Part shown: positions 1-11,200 of the stretch, piece by piece
How the letters are laid out: each line of letters opens with the position of its first letter
How positions within the stretch are numbered: position 1 is the first letter of the stretch
Source: Paragordius varius
Lineage: Eukaryota > Animalia > Nematomorpha
Direction of reading: 5' to 3'
Assembly (NCBI GenBank): GCA_964247055.1
Contig: OZ176051.1
Location: 8,556,001-8,620,000 of the forward strand
DNA length: 64,000 nt
The notes under the pieces: model-generated
The model's input: only the letters and a program-made list of their open reading frames with translations
Told to the model about the DNA's origin: nothing
Databases searched by the model: none
Made by a program: the position numbers and the translations under genes

Positions 1-608
1 ACGGATGAAGGGGAGGATAAAAAGGAACTTTAGAAACGGATGAAGGGGAGGATAAAAAGGAACTTGAGAAACGGATGAAGGGGAGGATAAAAAGGAACTT
101 GAGAAACGGATGAAGGGGAGGATAAAAATGAACTTTAGAAACGGATGAAGGGGATAAGAATAAGAAACCTTAGAAACGGATGACGGGGATAAGAAGAAGA
201 AACTTTAGAAACGGATGAAGGGGATAAGAAGAAGAAACTTTAGAAACGGATGAAGGGGATCAGAAGAAGAAACTTTAGAAACGGATGAAAGGTATAAGAA
301 GAAGAAACTTTAGAAACGGATGAAGGGGAGGATAAAAATGAACTTTAGAAACGGATGAAGGGGAGGATAAAAAGGAACTTGAGAAACGGATGAAGGGGAA
401 AATAAAAAGGAACTTTAGAAACGTATGAAGGGGATAAGAAGAAGAAACCTTAGAAACGGATGACGGGGATAAGAAGAAGGAACTTTAGAAACGGATGAAG
501 GGGAGGATAAAAAGGAACTTTAGAAAGGGATGAAGGGGAGGATATAAAGGAACTTTAGAAACGGACAAAGGGGATAAGAAGAAGAAACTTTAGAAACAGA
601 TGAAGGGG
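1..608 (+). repeat. 35-bp purine-rich satellite, left segment (continues beyond window start)
   Basis: ACGGA recurs at 1, 36, 71... giving a 35-bp period. Units are GGATGAAGGGGATAAGAAGAAG(G/A)AACTTTAGAAAC and the same-length variant GGATGAAGGGGAGGATAAAAAGGAACTTTAGAAAC. Confidence 0.98.
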
Positions 609-902
609 TGTTAAAAGGGTTATCATCATACGCAAATTATCTTTCTCTTTTTTAGTGCATACTACACTTTGGTCCTTGTTACGTTAAAAATATATATTAC
701 CTTGGTTGTGAATGCAAATTATTTTATTTATACTTATTATCTTTAACAACGTTTAAACCACACAACTTTATCCTTGTGAATGCAATAACCGTATATAAGG
801 AATCATTGTAACACACAGAACACATTATATTATATTATTCAGTTTTGATGTTATACTAAATAAATAAATATATCCTTTATAATTTATATTAACTATTTGT
901 CA
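609..902 (+). repeat. 5' LTR (294 bp)
   Basis: Starts TGTTAAAAGGG and ends TATTTGTCA. No difference from 4920-5213 by visual comparison. Contains TATA-like GTATATAAGG (791-800) and AATAAA motifs near 860. Confidence 0.97.
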
Positions 903-904
903 AC

Positions 905-922
905 TGGCGCGGCTATTCGAGG
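905..922 (+). promoter_or_regulatory. Primer-binding site (tRNA 3' end complement)
   Basis: TGGCGCGGCTATTCGAGG begins 2 nt after the 5' LTR; TGG pairs with the tRNA CCA end. The primer tRNA and the exact PBS length cannot be determined here. Confidence 0.8.
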
Positions 923-924
923 CT

Positions 925-3900
925 ATGGAAAAAATTAATTTATCATGTTTTAATCCAAATGTTGAGTTTACAAATTATATTACATATATTAAACGCAATT
1001 TGGAGGTCAAGAATGTCGCAGCCACCGATGAAAATCTGAAAGCATGTTTGTTGGCTTTCGGAGGAATCGAAAATATTAATAAAATTGAAAATTATTTCTA
1101 TCCACAAGCAATAGACGACATACCATTCCCAGATCTTTTAAACGCCGGCATAAAAATCTTCTCCCCCTCAAGGAATATTTTTTCGTCGCGTTTTGATTTA
1201 ATTAAAATGAAGAGGGGGAGAACGGAAACGTTCACAGAATTCCTGTTAAGAGTTAAACAAATGGCCATCCACTGCCGGTTCTCGTCAAACATTGACGAGC
1301 ACATCAGAGATGTATTCATCGCCGGGTTAGACGAGCAAGCCGTGGAAATGGAACTATTCACACGGTTCCCAGAAGCTTTAGAAAACGGGGCTCCCGTTTC
1401 TCTAAATACGGTGGTAAATATTGCCTTATCACATGAGAAGGCACGAGATGGACTAACGAATACAGAAGTGCTGTCCATCAATATTGATAATGATAATAAA
1501 AGTAACAATAATAAGAACCACAGTAGTAATGGTGAAATAAACGAAATAGCCACACTTCACCAATCAAAGAGCAGCCATAGTAATAATAACCGACGAACCT
1601 GCACAAAATGTGGGACGACTCATACGTTGGGACATTGCCCTGCCTATGGGAAAGAATGTTATAGATGCCATCGTTCAAACCACTTTGCTCGATGTTGTAA
1701 GGTAGTGTTTAAAGCATATTCCCTTTTTAATAAGACAAAAAAACCCCAAATTGTTCCTAAAATAAATAATATTCCTATTGAAATTATTTTTGATACGGGT
1801 GCCGATATTTCAATCATAAATTATAAAAACTGGTGCCGTCTCGGCAAGCCAGCACTAGATTTTGATAACAATAATATTTTCATACATGCATACAATAATA
1901 ATCGTATAAAAACATTAGGTAAATGCAAATTACAGGTTGAATTAGATAAAAGAACGCACATTCTAGAGTGCTTTATTATAAACAACAACTTACCATCAAT
2001 ATTTGGAATGGACTGGATAAAACAATTTAATTTAAAATTACCCAATCATGTAATAATAAATAACTTATCTTCATATGATATATATAACAAATTTAGCAAG
2101 TTATTTTCTGAGGGCCTTGGTTGCTGGAAGGGCGACCCGATTAAAGTGTTTTTAAGTAATAATAATTGTGGTAGAATTTTTCCAAGTAGAAGGGTGCCAC
2201 TATCATTACAAAGCAAAGTGGAGGATGAGATAAATAGATTGGTAAAACTGGATATAATTGAGCCTGTTGATCCAAAAAAGACTAGAATCGTTTGGTCCAG
2301 CCCTACTGTAAATATTATAAAACCTAATAAAGAGCTTAGAATATGCGCGGATTTTAAAATAAGTATAAATCCACACATAAAACCGCCGCAATACATAATC
2401 CCAACCTTTGACGACCTCATCTCAAAAATTTCCTTCGGCAAATCTTTCTCGACACTAGATTTGAAAGACGCCTATTTTCAAATTCCAGTAGACCCAGATA
2501 GTCAGCACTTACTAACAATTTCGACACATAAGGGGTTTTATAAGTATAAACGATTGCCTTTCGGGTTGAATTGCGCCCCAAGTTTCTTTCAACAAATAAT
2601 GGACGAGTTATTAAAAGATTGCGCAGGTACAGCCGTTTATTTAGATGACGTTATCGTGACAGGAGAAACCGAGACAAAGCACAAGGACAACCTAATAAAG
2701 GTATTTACCAAATTGGAGACAATGGGATTAAAATTGCGCAAAGATAAAATAAAACTTTTTCAACCATCTGTAGAATATCTTGGTCACATTATTTCTGAAA
2801 ATTGCATTAAGCCCTCCCCAAACAAAATTAAAGCCATCCAAGAGTGCCCGACCCCGACCAACAAAACCACTCTTAGATCATTTTTGGGTTTACTTAATTT
2901 TCATGGAAAATTCATCCCTTCCCTAAGCATTTTAATGGGAGAACTACATAAATTAGCAGGCAACAAACAAAAATGGTGCTGGACGCTAACGCATGATTCG
3001 ATATTCAAAAAAGCTAAAGACTTGATCTGCCAGAGTAGTTCCTTGCATCCGTATAATCCCAAACTACCTATAGTCTTGGAAACCGACGCGTCAATGTCGG
3101 GATACGGTGCTATTTTATCGCATAGAACAACAGCGGGTAATCGCCCGATCGCCTACACGTCAAAAAAATGCTCTCAGGCTGAAGGAAACTATTCAGTAAT
3201 TGAGCGAGAAGCAAAATCTATCCTAATAGCGTTAGAGAAGTTTAAAACCTTTTTGTATGGCAGGAAATTTATAATACAAACGGACCACAAACCTTTAGTG
3301 AAACTATTTGGGCCTCAAAGAGATCTAAGTAAAATTAATAATTGTAAACTAGTACGCTGGATAACTAGAACATCGGTATTCGATTTTAACATAGAATATC
3401 ACCCTGGTACAGAAAACATAGCTGACTGCCTATCGAGACTCCCCATTGAAAACCAGGAGCCGATGGCGTTTGAGAAAGATGATGAAAGTAGCAATGTTCA
3501 TTTGATTTGGTCCAACGAATTAAATTTAAATAGAGAAATTATCTATCAAGAGTCTATGAAGGATCCTACTATAGCAAAGTTAAAAGTAGCCCTAAGGTCT
3601 AATAATTGGACGGACCCCCTGGTCAAGCCTTTCATAGCAATAAAAAATGAAATTGAGGATGCATACGGTCTATTATTTGTGGGAGATCGGGTAATAATCC
3701 CCAACAAAATTAAGCCAGATATTTTAAGATACCTGCATAGTGGCCATCCGGGAATACAAGCCATGAAACTATTAAGCCGTGAAAAGGTTTATTGGCCCGG
3801 GTTGAGCCAAGATATCGAGAAATGGGTGCGTAGTTGCCAAAACTGTCAAAGGCTGCGCCCAAATGTACCCGAAAATCCCACCTATCAATGGAACGAGAAT

Positions 3901-4908
3901 ACAACCATATGGGAACGGCTCCACCTAGATATCGCTGGACCCATTGACAATTTATACTGGGTGGTACTAATTGATCATTGCACCCGCTGGGTGGAGGTAG
4001 AAACGTTACGTTCTGTGAATACCGGTAATATCCTTAAGTTTTTAGAAACCTGTTTTTGCCGGTATGGGTACCCAAAAGTGGTGGTTACTGATAACGGCTC
4101 TTATTTTAAATCGGGGGAGTTTGAGAGAACTTTAGCTTCCTCTAATATAAAACACGTAACATCAGCTCCCTACCACCCCCGAACAAATGGGTTGGTAGAG
4201 AGGGTAATTTACACTCTAAAAAATCATTATTCAATGTCAACCCCACTTTCCGCAGACCTTTCCGCAGACCCAGTACGAAGATTAAACCAAATCTTATGGG
4301 CTTACCGAAACACGCATCACAGTTCTACGAAGGAGACTCCCGCGCATTTGTTTTTAAAAAGAACTATGCAAAGCCCATTAACATGGATGAAAACGAAACC
4401 CAACGAATTCATGGATACTCCCGACATTCCGCAGGAGTTTGAAAAGGGGCAAAAAGTATATATCAAGAATGAATTGTGTTCTGGTTGGAGGGAGGGACAA
4501 ATTGTCGACAGAACGGGATGGTTATCGTACAATGTCAACGACAATGGCAAAATCATCCGCAAACATGCTGATCAATTAAGGAATCGCATGGATTGGTCGG
4601 CCGAAGGAGAAGAAGGGAGAAGTGAGGAAAAGACTAAAAACTTAAACAACAACTTAAACAGCAATGATAATAACAGTGAGGAAAAGACTAAAAACTTAAC
4701 CAACAACTTAAACAACAATGATAATAACCTCCGAAAACATCGCACGGAACATGAAATAAGAACCCCTGAAAACATCCAGGAGAATCCGGAATCAGAAAGT
4801 GTGCCTTCAAGTGAGAATACTCCTGTGCAAACAAGTGACACTTCTCCTACCACAACTCACCGGTACCCGATTAGATCCCGAAAGCCACCCGACCGATATC
4901 AAGCTTAA
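925..4908 (+). CDS. Gag-Pol polyprotein (gag with zinc knuckles, aspartic protease, RT, RNase H, integrase), 1327 aa, uninterrupted
   Basis: Tandem Cys/His knuckles CTKCGTTHTLGHCPAYGKECYRCHRSNHFARC (typical of Mag-type gag). Protease FDTGAD. RT LDLKDAYFQ / RLPFGL / YLDDVIV. RNase H ETDASMSGYGA / IEREA / TDHKPL. Integrase HSGHPG...CQNC, HLDIAGP, TDNG, NGLVER. Terminal RYPIRSRKPPDRY. Confidence 0.97.
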   Translation: MEKINLSCFNPNVEFTNYITYIKRNLEVKNVAATDENLKACLLAFGGIENINKIENYFYPQAIDDIPFPDLLNAGIKIFSPSRNIFSSRFDLIKMKRGRTETFTEFLLRVKQMAIHCRFSSNIDEHIRDVFIAGLDEQAVEMELFTRFPEALENGAPVSLNTVVNIALSHEKARDGLTNTEVLSINIDNDNKSNNNKNHSSNGEINEIATLHQSKSSHSNNNRRTCTKCGTTHTLGHCPAYGKECYRCHRSNHFARCCKVVFKAYSLFNKTKKPQIVPKINNIPIEIIFDTGADISIINYKNWCRLGKPALDFDNNNIFIHAYNNNRIKTLGKCKLQVELDKRTHILECFIINNNLPSIFGMDWIKQFNLKLPNHVIINNLSSYDIYNKFSKLFSEGLGCWKGDPIKVFLSNNNCGRIFPSRRVPLSLQSKVEDEINRLVKLDIIEPVDPKKTRIVWSSPTVNIIKPNKELRICADFKISINPHIKPPQYIIPTFDDLISKISFGKSFSTLDLKDAYFQIPVDPDSQHLLTISTHKGFYKYKRLPFGLNCAPSFFQQIMDELLKDCAGTAVYLDDVIVTGETETKHKDNLIKVFTKLETMGLKLRKDKIKLFQPSVEYLGHIISENCIKPSPNKIKAIQECPTPTNKTTLRSFLGLLNFHGKFIPSLSILMGELHKLAGNKQKWCWTLTHDSIFKKAKDLICQSSSLHPYNPKLPIVLETDASMSGYGAILSHRTTAGNRPIAYTSKKCSQAEGNYSVIEREAKSILIALEKFKTFLYGRKFIIQTDHKPLVKLFGPQRDLSKINNCKLVRWITRTSVFDFNIEYHPGTENIADCLSRLPIENQEPMAFEKDDESSNVHLIWSNELNLNREIIYQESMKDPTIAKLKVALRSNNWTDPLVKPFIAIKNEIEDAYGLLFVGDRVIIPNKIKPDILRYLHSGHPGIQAMKLLSREKVYWPGLSQDIEKWVRSCQNCQRLRPNVPENPTYQWNENTTIWERLHLDIAGPIDNLYWVVLIDHCTRWVEVETLRSVNTGNILKFLETCFCRYGYPKVVVTDNGSYFKSGEFERTLASSNIKHVTSAPYHPRTNGLVERVIYTLKNHYSMSTPLSADLSADPVRRLNQILWAYRNTHHSSTKETPAHLFLKRTMQSPLTWMKTKPNEFMDTPDIPQEFEKGQKVYIKNELCSGWREGQIVDRTGWLSYNVNDNGKIIRKHADQLRNRMDWSAEGEEGRSEEKTKNLNNNLNSNDNNSEEKTKNLTNNLNNNDNNLRKHRTEHEIRTPENIQENPESESVPSSENTPVQTSDTSPTTTHRYPIRSRKPPDRYQA
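4621..4728 (+). repeat. 54-bp tandem duplication (2 copies) in the integrase C-terminal tail
   Basis: AGTGAGGAAAAGACTAAAAACTTA... at 4621 and 4675. Encodes SEEKTKNLNNNLNSNDNN / SEEKTKNLTNNLNNNDNN. Confidence 0.93.
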
Positions 4909-4917
4909 GGAAGAAGG
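4907..4917 (+). promoter_or_regulatory. Polypurine tract
   Basis: AAGGAAGAAGG lies 2 nt before the 3' LTR and overlaps the gag-pol TAA stop (4906-4908). Confidence 0.85.
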
Positions 4918-4919
4918 TA

Positions 4920-5213
4920 TGTTAAAAGGGTTATCATCATACGCAAATTATCTTTCTCTTTTTTAGTGCATACTACACTTTGGTCCTTGTTACGTTAAAA
5001 ATATATATTACCTTGGTTGTGAATGCAAATTATTTTATTTATACTTATTATCTTTAACAACGTTTAAACCACACAACTTTATCCTTGTGAATGCAATAAC
5101 CGTATATAAGGAATCATTGTAACACACAGAACACATTATATTATATTATTCAGTTTTGATGTTATACTAAATAAATAAATATATCCTTTATAATTTATAT
5201 TAACTATTTGTCA
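4920..5213 (+). repeat. 3' LTR (294 bp)
   Basis: Same sequence and length as 609-902; followed by TSD AGGGG. Confidence 0.97.
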
Positions 5214-8200
5214 AGGGGTTAAGAAGAAGGAACTTTAGAAACGGACGAAGGGCATAAGAAGAAGGAACTTTAAAAACGTACGAAGGGGATAAGAAGAAGA
5301 AACTTTAGAAACGGAGGAAGGGGATAAGAAGAAGAAACTTTAGAAACGGATGGAGGGGATAAGAAAAAGAAACTTTAGAAACGGAGGAAGGGGATAAGAA
5401 GAAGAAACTTTAGAAACGGTCAAAGGGGAGGATAAAAAGGAAGTTTAGAAACGGATGAAGGGGATAAGAATAAGAAACCTTAGAAACGGATGACGGGGAT
5501 AAGAAGAAGAAACTTTAGAAACGGATGAAGGGGATAAGAAGAAGAAACTTTAGAAACGGATGAAGGGGATAAGAAGAAGAAACTTTAGAAACGGATGAAA
5601 GGTATAAGAAGAAGAAACTTTAGAAACGGATGAAGGGGAGGATAAAAATGAACTTTAGAAACGTATGAAGGGGAGGATAAAAAGGAACTTGAGAAACGGA
5701 TGAAGGGGAAAATAAAAATGAACTTTAGAAACGTATGAAGGGGATAAGAAGAAGAAACCTTAGAAACGGATGACGGGGATAAGAAGAAGGAACTTTAGAA
5801 ACGGATGAAGGGGAGGATAAAAAGGAACTTTAGAAAGGGATGAAGGGGAGGATAAAAAGGAACTTTAGAAACGGACAAGGGGATAAGAAGAAGAAACTTT
5901 AGAAACAGATGAAGGGGTTAAGAAGAAGGAACTTTAGAAACGGACGAAGGGCATAAGAAGAAGGAACTTTAAAAACGTACGAAGGGGAATAAGAAGAAGA
6001 AACTTTAGAAACGGAGGAAGGGGATAAGAAGAAGAAACTTTAGAAACGGATGAAGGGGATAAGAAAAAGAAACTTTAGAAACGGAGGAAGGGGATAAGAA
6101 GAAGAAACTTTAGAAACGGACGAAGGGCATAAGAAGAAGGAACTTTAGAAAGGGATGAAGGGGATAAGAAGAAGAAACTTTAGAAACGGATCACGGGGAT
6201 AAGAGAAAGAAACTTTAGAAACGGATGAAAGGGATAAGAAGAAGAAACTTTAGAAACGGATCACGGGCATAAGAAAAAGAAACTTTAGAAACGGATGAAA
6301 GGGATAAGAAGAAGAAACTTTAGAAACGGATGAAGGGGGAGAAACAGATGAAGGGGAGGATAAAAAGGAACTTGAGAAACGGATGAAGGGGATGATAAAA
6401 AGGAACTTTAGAAACGGATGAAGGGGAGGATAAAAAGGAACTTGAGAAACGTATGAAGGGGATAAGAAGAAGAAACCTTAGAAATGGATGACGGGGATAA
6501 AAAGAAGGAACTTTAGAAACGGATGAAGGGGAGGATAAAAAGGAACTTTAGAAAGGGATGAAGGGGAATATATAAAGGAACTTTAGAAACGGACAAAGGG
6601 GATAAGAAGAAGAAACTTTAGAAACAGATGAAGGGAAGAAGAAGAACGAACTTTAGAAACGGATGAATGGGATAAGAAGAAGGAACTTTAGAAACGGATG
6701 AAGGGGATAAGAAGAAGGAACTTTAGAAACGGATGAAGGGGATAAGAAGAAGGAACTTTAGAAACAGATGAAAGGGATAAGAAGAAGGAACTTTAGAAAC
6801 GGATGAAGGGGATAAGAAGAAGAAACTTTAGAAACGGAGGAAGGGGATAAGAAGAAGGAACTTTAGAAACGGACGAAGGGCATAAGAAGAACGAACTTTA
6901 GAAACGGATGAAGGGGATAAGAAAAAGAAACTTTAGAAACGGAGGAAGGGGATAAGAAGAAGAAACTTTAGAAACGGACGAAGGGCATAAGAAGAAGGAA
7001 CTTTAGAAAGGGACGAAGAGGATAAGAAGAGGAAACTTTAGAAACGGATGAAGGGGATAAGAAGAAGGAACTTTAGAAACGGACGAAGAGGATAAGAAGA
7101 GGAAACTTTAGAAACGGATGAGGGGGATAAGAAGAAGGAACTTTAGAAACAGATGAAAGGGATAAGAAGATGGAACTTTAGAAACGGATGAAGGGGATAA
7201 GAAGAAGGAACTTTAGAAACGGACGAAGAGGATAAGAAGAAGAAACTTTTGAAACGGACGAAGAGGATAAGAAGAGGAAACTTTAGAAACGGATGAAGGG
7301 GATAAGAAGAAGGAACTTTAGAAACGGATGAAAGGGATAAGAAGAAGGAACTTTAGAAACGGATGAAGGGGATAAGAAGAAGGAACTTTAGAAACGGACG
7401 AAGAGGATAAGAAGAGGAAACTTTAGAACGGATGAGGGGGATAAGAAGAAGGAACTTTAGAAACAGATGAAAGGGATAAGAAGATGGAACTTTAGAAACG
7501 GATGAAGGGGATAAGAAGAAGGAACTTTAGAAACGGACGAAGAGGATAAGAAGAAGAAACTTTTGAAACGGACGAAGAGGATAAGAAGAGGAAACTTTAG
7601 AAACGGATGAAGGGGATAAGAAGAAGGAACTTTAGAAACGGATGAAAGGGATAAGAAGAAGGAACTTTAGAAACGGATGAATGGGATAAGAAGAAGGAAC
7701 TTTAGAAACGGACGAAGGGGATAAGAAGAAGGAACTTTAGAAACGGATGAAGGGGATAAGAAGAGGAAACTTTAGAAACGGACGAAGAGGATAAGAAGAA
7801 GGAACTTTAGAAACGGATGAAGGGGATAAGAAGAAGGAACTTTAGAAACGGACGAAGGGGATAAGAAGAAGGAACTTTGGAAACGGACGAAGAGGATAAG
7901 AAGAGGAAACTTTAGAAACGGATGAGAGGGATAAGAAGAAGGAACTTTAGAAACAGATGAAGGGGATAAGAAGAAGGAACTTTAGAAACGGATGAAAGGG
8001 ATAAGAAGAAGGAACTTTAGAAACGGATGAATGGGATAAGAAGAAGGAACTTTAGAAACGGACGAAGGGGATAAGAAGAAGGAACTTTAGAAACGGATGA
8101 AGGGGATAAGAAGTAGGAATTTTAGAAACGGATGAAGGGGATAAGAAGAAGGAACTTTAGAAACGGACAAAGGGGATAAGAAGAACGAACTTTAGAAACG

Positions 8201-11200
8201 GATGAATGGGATAAGAAGAAGGAACTTTAGAAACGGACGAAGGGGATAAGAAGAAGGAACTTTAGAAACGGATGAAGGGGATAAGAAGAAGGAACTTTAG
8301 TAACGGACGAAGAGGATAAGAAGAGGAAACTTTAGAAACGGATGAAGGGGATAAGAAGAAGGAACTTTAGAAACGGATGAAAGGGATAAGAAGAAGGAAC
8401 TTTAGAAACGGATGAATGGGATAAGAAGAAGGAACTTTAGAAACGGACGAAGGGGATAAGAAGAAGGAACTTTAGAAACGGATGAAGGGGATAAGAAGTA
8501 GGAATTTTAGAAACGGACGAAGAGGATGAGAAGAAGGAACTTTAGAAACGGACGAAGGGGATAAGAAGAAGGAACTTTGGAAACGGACGAAGGGGATAAG
8601 AAGAAGGAACTTTAGAAACGGATGAAGGGGATAAGAAGAAGGAACTTAAGTAACGGACGAAGAGGATAAGAAGAGGAAACTTTAGAAACGGATGAAGGGG
8701 ATAAGAAGAAGGAACTTTAGAAACGGATGAAAGGGATAAGAAGAAGGAACTTTAGAAACGGATGAATGGGATAAGAAGAAGGAACTTTAGAAACGGATGA
8801 AGGGGATAAGAAGAAGGAACTTTAGAAACGGACGAAGGGGATAAGAAGAAGGAACTTTGGAAACGGACGAAGAGGATAAGAAGAAGGAACTTTAGAAACG
8901 GATGAAGGGGATAAGAAGAAGGAACTTTAGAAACGGACGAAGGGGATAAGAAGAGGAAACTTTAGAAACGGATGAAGGGGATAAGAAGAAGGAACTTTAG
9001 AAACGGATGAAAGGGATAAGAAGAAGGAACTTTAGAAACGGATGAATGGGATAAGAAGAAGGAACTTTAGAAACGGACGAAGGGGATAAGAAGAAGGAAC
9101 TTTAGAAACGGATGAAGGGGATAAGAAGAAGGAACTTTAGAAACGGACGAAGGGGATAAGAAGAAGAAACTTTTGAAACGGACGAAGGGGATAAGAAGAA
9201 GGAACTTTAGAAACGGATGAAGGGGATAAGAAGTAGGAATTTTAGAAACGGACGAAGAGGATGAGAAGAAGGAACTTTAGAAACGGACGAAGGGGATAAG
9301 AAGAAGGAACTTTGGAAACGGACGAAGGGGATAAGAAGAAGGAACTTTAGAAACGGATGAAGGGGATAAGAAGAAGGAACTTAAGTAACGGACGAAGAGG
9401 ATAAGAAGAGGAAACTTTAGAAACGGATGAAGGGGATAAGAAGAAGGAACTTTAGAAACGGATGAAAGGGATAAGAAGAAGGAACTTTAGAAACGGACAA
9501 AGGGGATAAGAAGAACGAACTTTAGAAACGGATGAATGGGATAAGAAGAAGGAACTTTAGAAACGGACGAAGGGGATAAGAAGAAGAAACTTTTGAAACG
9601 GACGAAGAGGATAAGAAGAGGAAACTTTAGAAACGGATGAAGGGGATAAGAAGAAGGAACTTTAGAAACGGATGAAAGGGATAAGAAGAAGGAACTTTAG
9701 AAACGGATGAATGGGATAAGAAGAAGGAACTTTAGAAACGGACGAAGGGGATAAGAAGAAGGAACTTTAGAAACGGATGAAGGGGATAAGAAGAGGAAAC
9801 TTTAGAAACGGACGAAGAGGATAAGAAGAAGGAACTTTAGAAACGGATGAAGGGGATAAGAAGAAGGAACTTTAGAAACGGACGAAGGGGATAAGAAGAA
9901 GGAACTTTGGAAACGGACGAAGAGGATAAGAAGAAGGAACTTTAGAAACGGATGAAGGGGATAAGAAGTAGGAATTTTAGAAACGGATGAAGGGGATAAG
10001 AAGAAGGAACTTTAGAAACGGACAAAGGGGATAAGAAGAACGAACTTTAGAAACGGATGAATGGGATAAGAAGAAGGAACTTTAGAAACGGACGAAGGGG
10101 ATAAGAAGAAGGAACTTTAGAAACGGATGAAGGGGATAAGAAGAAGGAACTTTAGTAACGGACGAAGAGGATAAGAAGAGGAAACTTTAGAAACGGATGA
10201 AGGGGATAAGAAGAAGGAACTTTAGAAACGGATGAAAGGGATAAGAAGAAGGAACTTTAGAAACGGATGAATGGGATAAGAAGAAGGAACTTTAGAAACG
10301 GACGAAGGGGATAAGAAGAAGGAACTTTAGAAACGGATGAAGGGGATAAGAAGTAGGAATTTTAGAAACGGACGAAGAGGATGAGAAGAAGGAACTTTAG
10401 AAACGGACGAAGGGGATAAGAAGAAGGAACTTTGGAAACGAACGAAGGGGATAAGAAGAAGGAACTTTGGAAACGGACGAAGAGGATAAGAAGAGGAAAC
10501 TTTAGAAACGGATGAGAGGGATAAGAAGAAGGAACTTTAGAAACAGATGAAGGGGATAAGAAGAAGGAACTTTAGAAACGGATGAAAGGGATAAGAAGAA
10601 GGAACTTTAGAAACGGATGAATGGGATAAGAAGAAGGAACTTTAGAAACGGACGAAGGGGATAAGAAGAAGGAACTTTAGAAACGGATGAATGGGATAAG
10701 AAGAAGGAACTTTAGAAACGGACGAAGGGGATAAGAAGAAGGAACTTTAGAAACGGATGAAGGGGATAAGAAGTAGGAATTTTGAAACGGACGAAGAGGA
10801 TGAGAAGAAGGAACTTTAGAAACGGACGAAGGGGATAAGAAGAAGGAACTTTGGAAACGAACGAAGGGGATAAGAAGAAGGAACTTTGGAAACGAACGAA
10901 GAGGATAAGAAGAGGAAACCTTAGAAACGGACGAAGAGGATAAGAAGAAGGAACTTTAGAAACGGATGAAGGGGATAAGAAGAAGGAACTTTAGAAACGG
11001 ACGAAGAGGATAAGAAGAGGAAACTTTAGAAACGGATGAGGGGGATAAGAAGAAGGAACTTTAGAAACGGATGAATGGGATAAGAAGAAGGAACTTTAGA
11101 AACGGACGAAGGGGATAAGAAGAAGGAACTTTAGAAACGGATGAAGGGGATAAGAAGAGGAAACTTTAGAAACGGACGAAGAGGATAAGAAGAAGGAACT

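Larger units (their letters stand above)
609..5213 (+). mobile_element. Full-length Ty3/gypsy LTR retrotransposon, Mag-like, 4605 bp, inserted in the satellite
   Basis: Two 294-bp direct repeats with TG...CA ends (609-902, 4920-5213). 5-bp TSD AGGGG at 604-608 and 5214-5218. PBS after the 5' LTR and PPT before the 3' LTR. Single ORF with PR-RT-RH-IN order (gypsy order). Confidence 0.97.

Noticed and set aside
1098-4853. Antisense ORFs inside the retrotransposon
   Set aside because: They are shadows of the long gag-pol frame with no recognisable motifs.
4907-4917. Satellite derived from the retroelement PPT (AAGGAAGAAGG resembles AAGAAGAAGG)
   Set aside because: Only a ~10-nt low-complexity purine match; no other part of the monomer matches the element.
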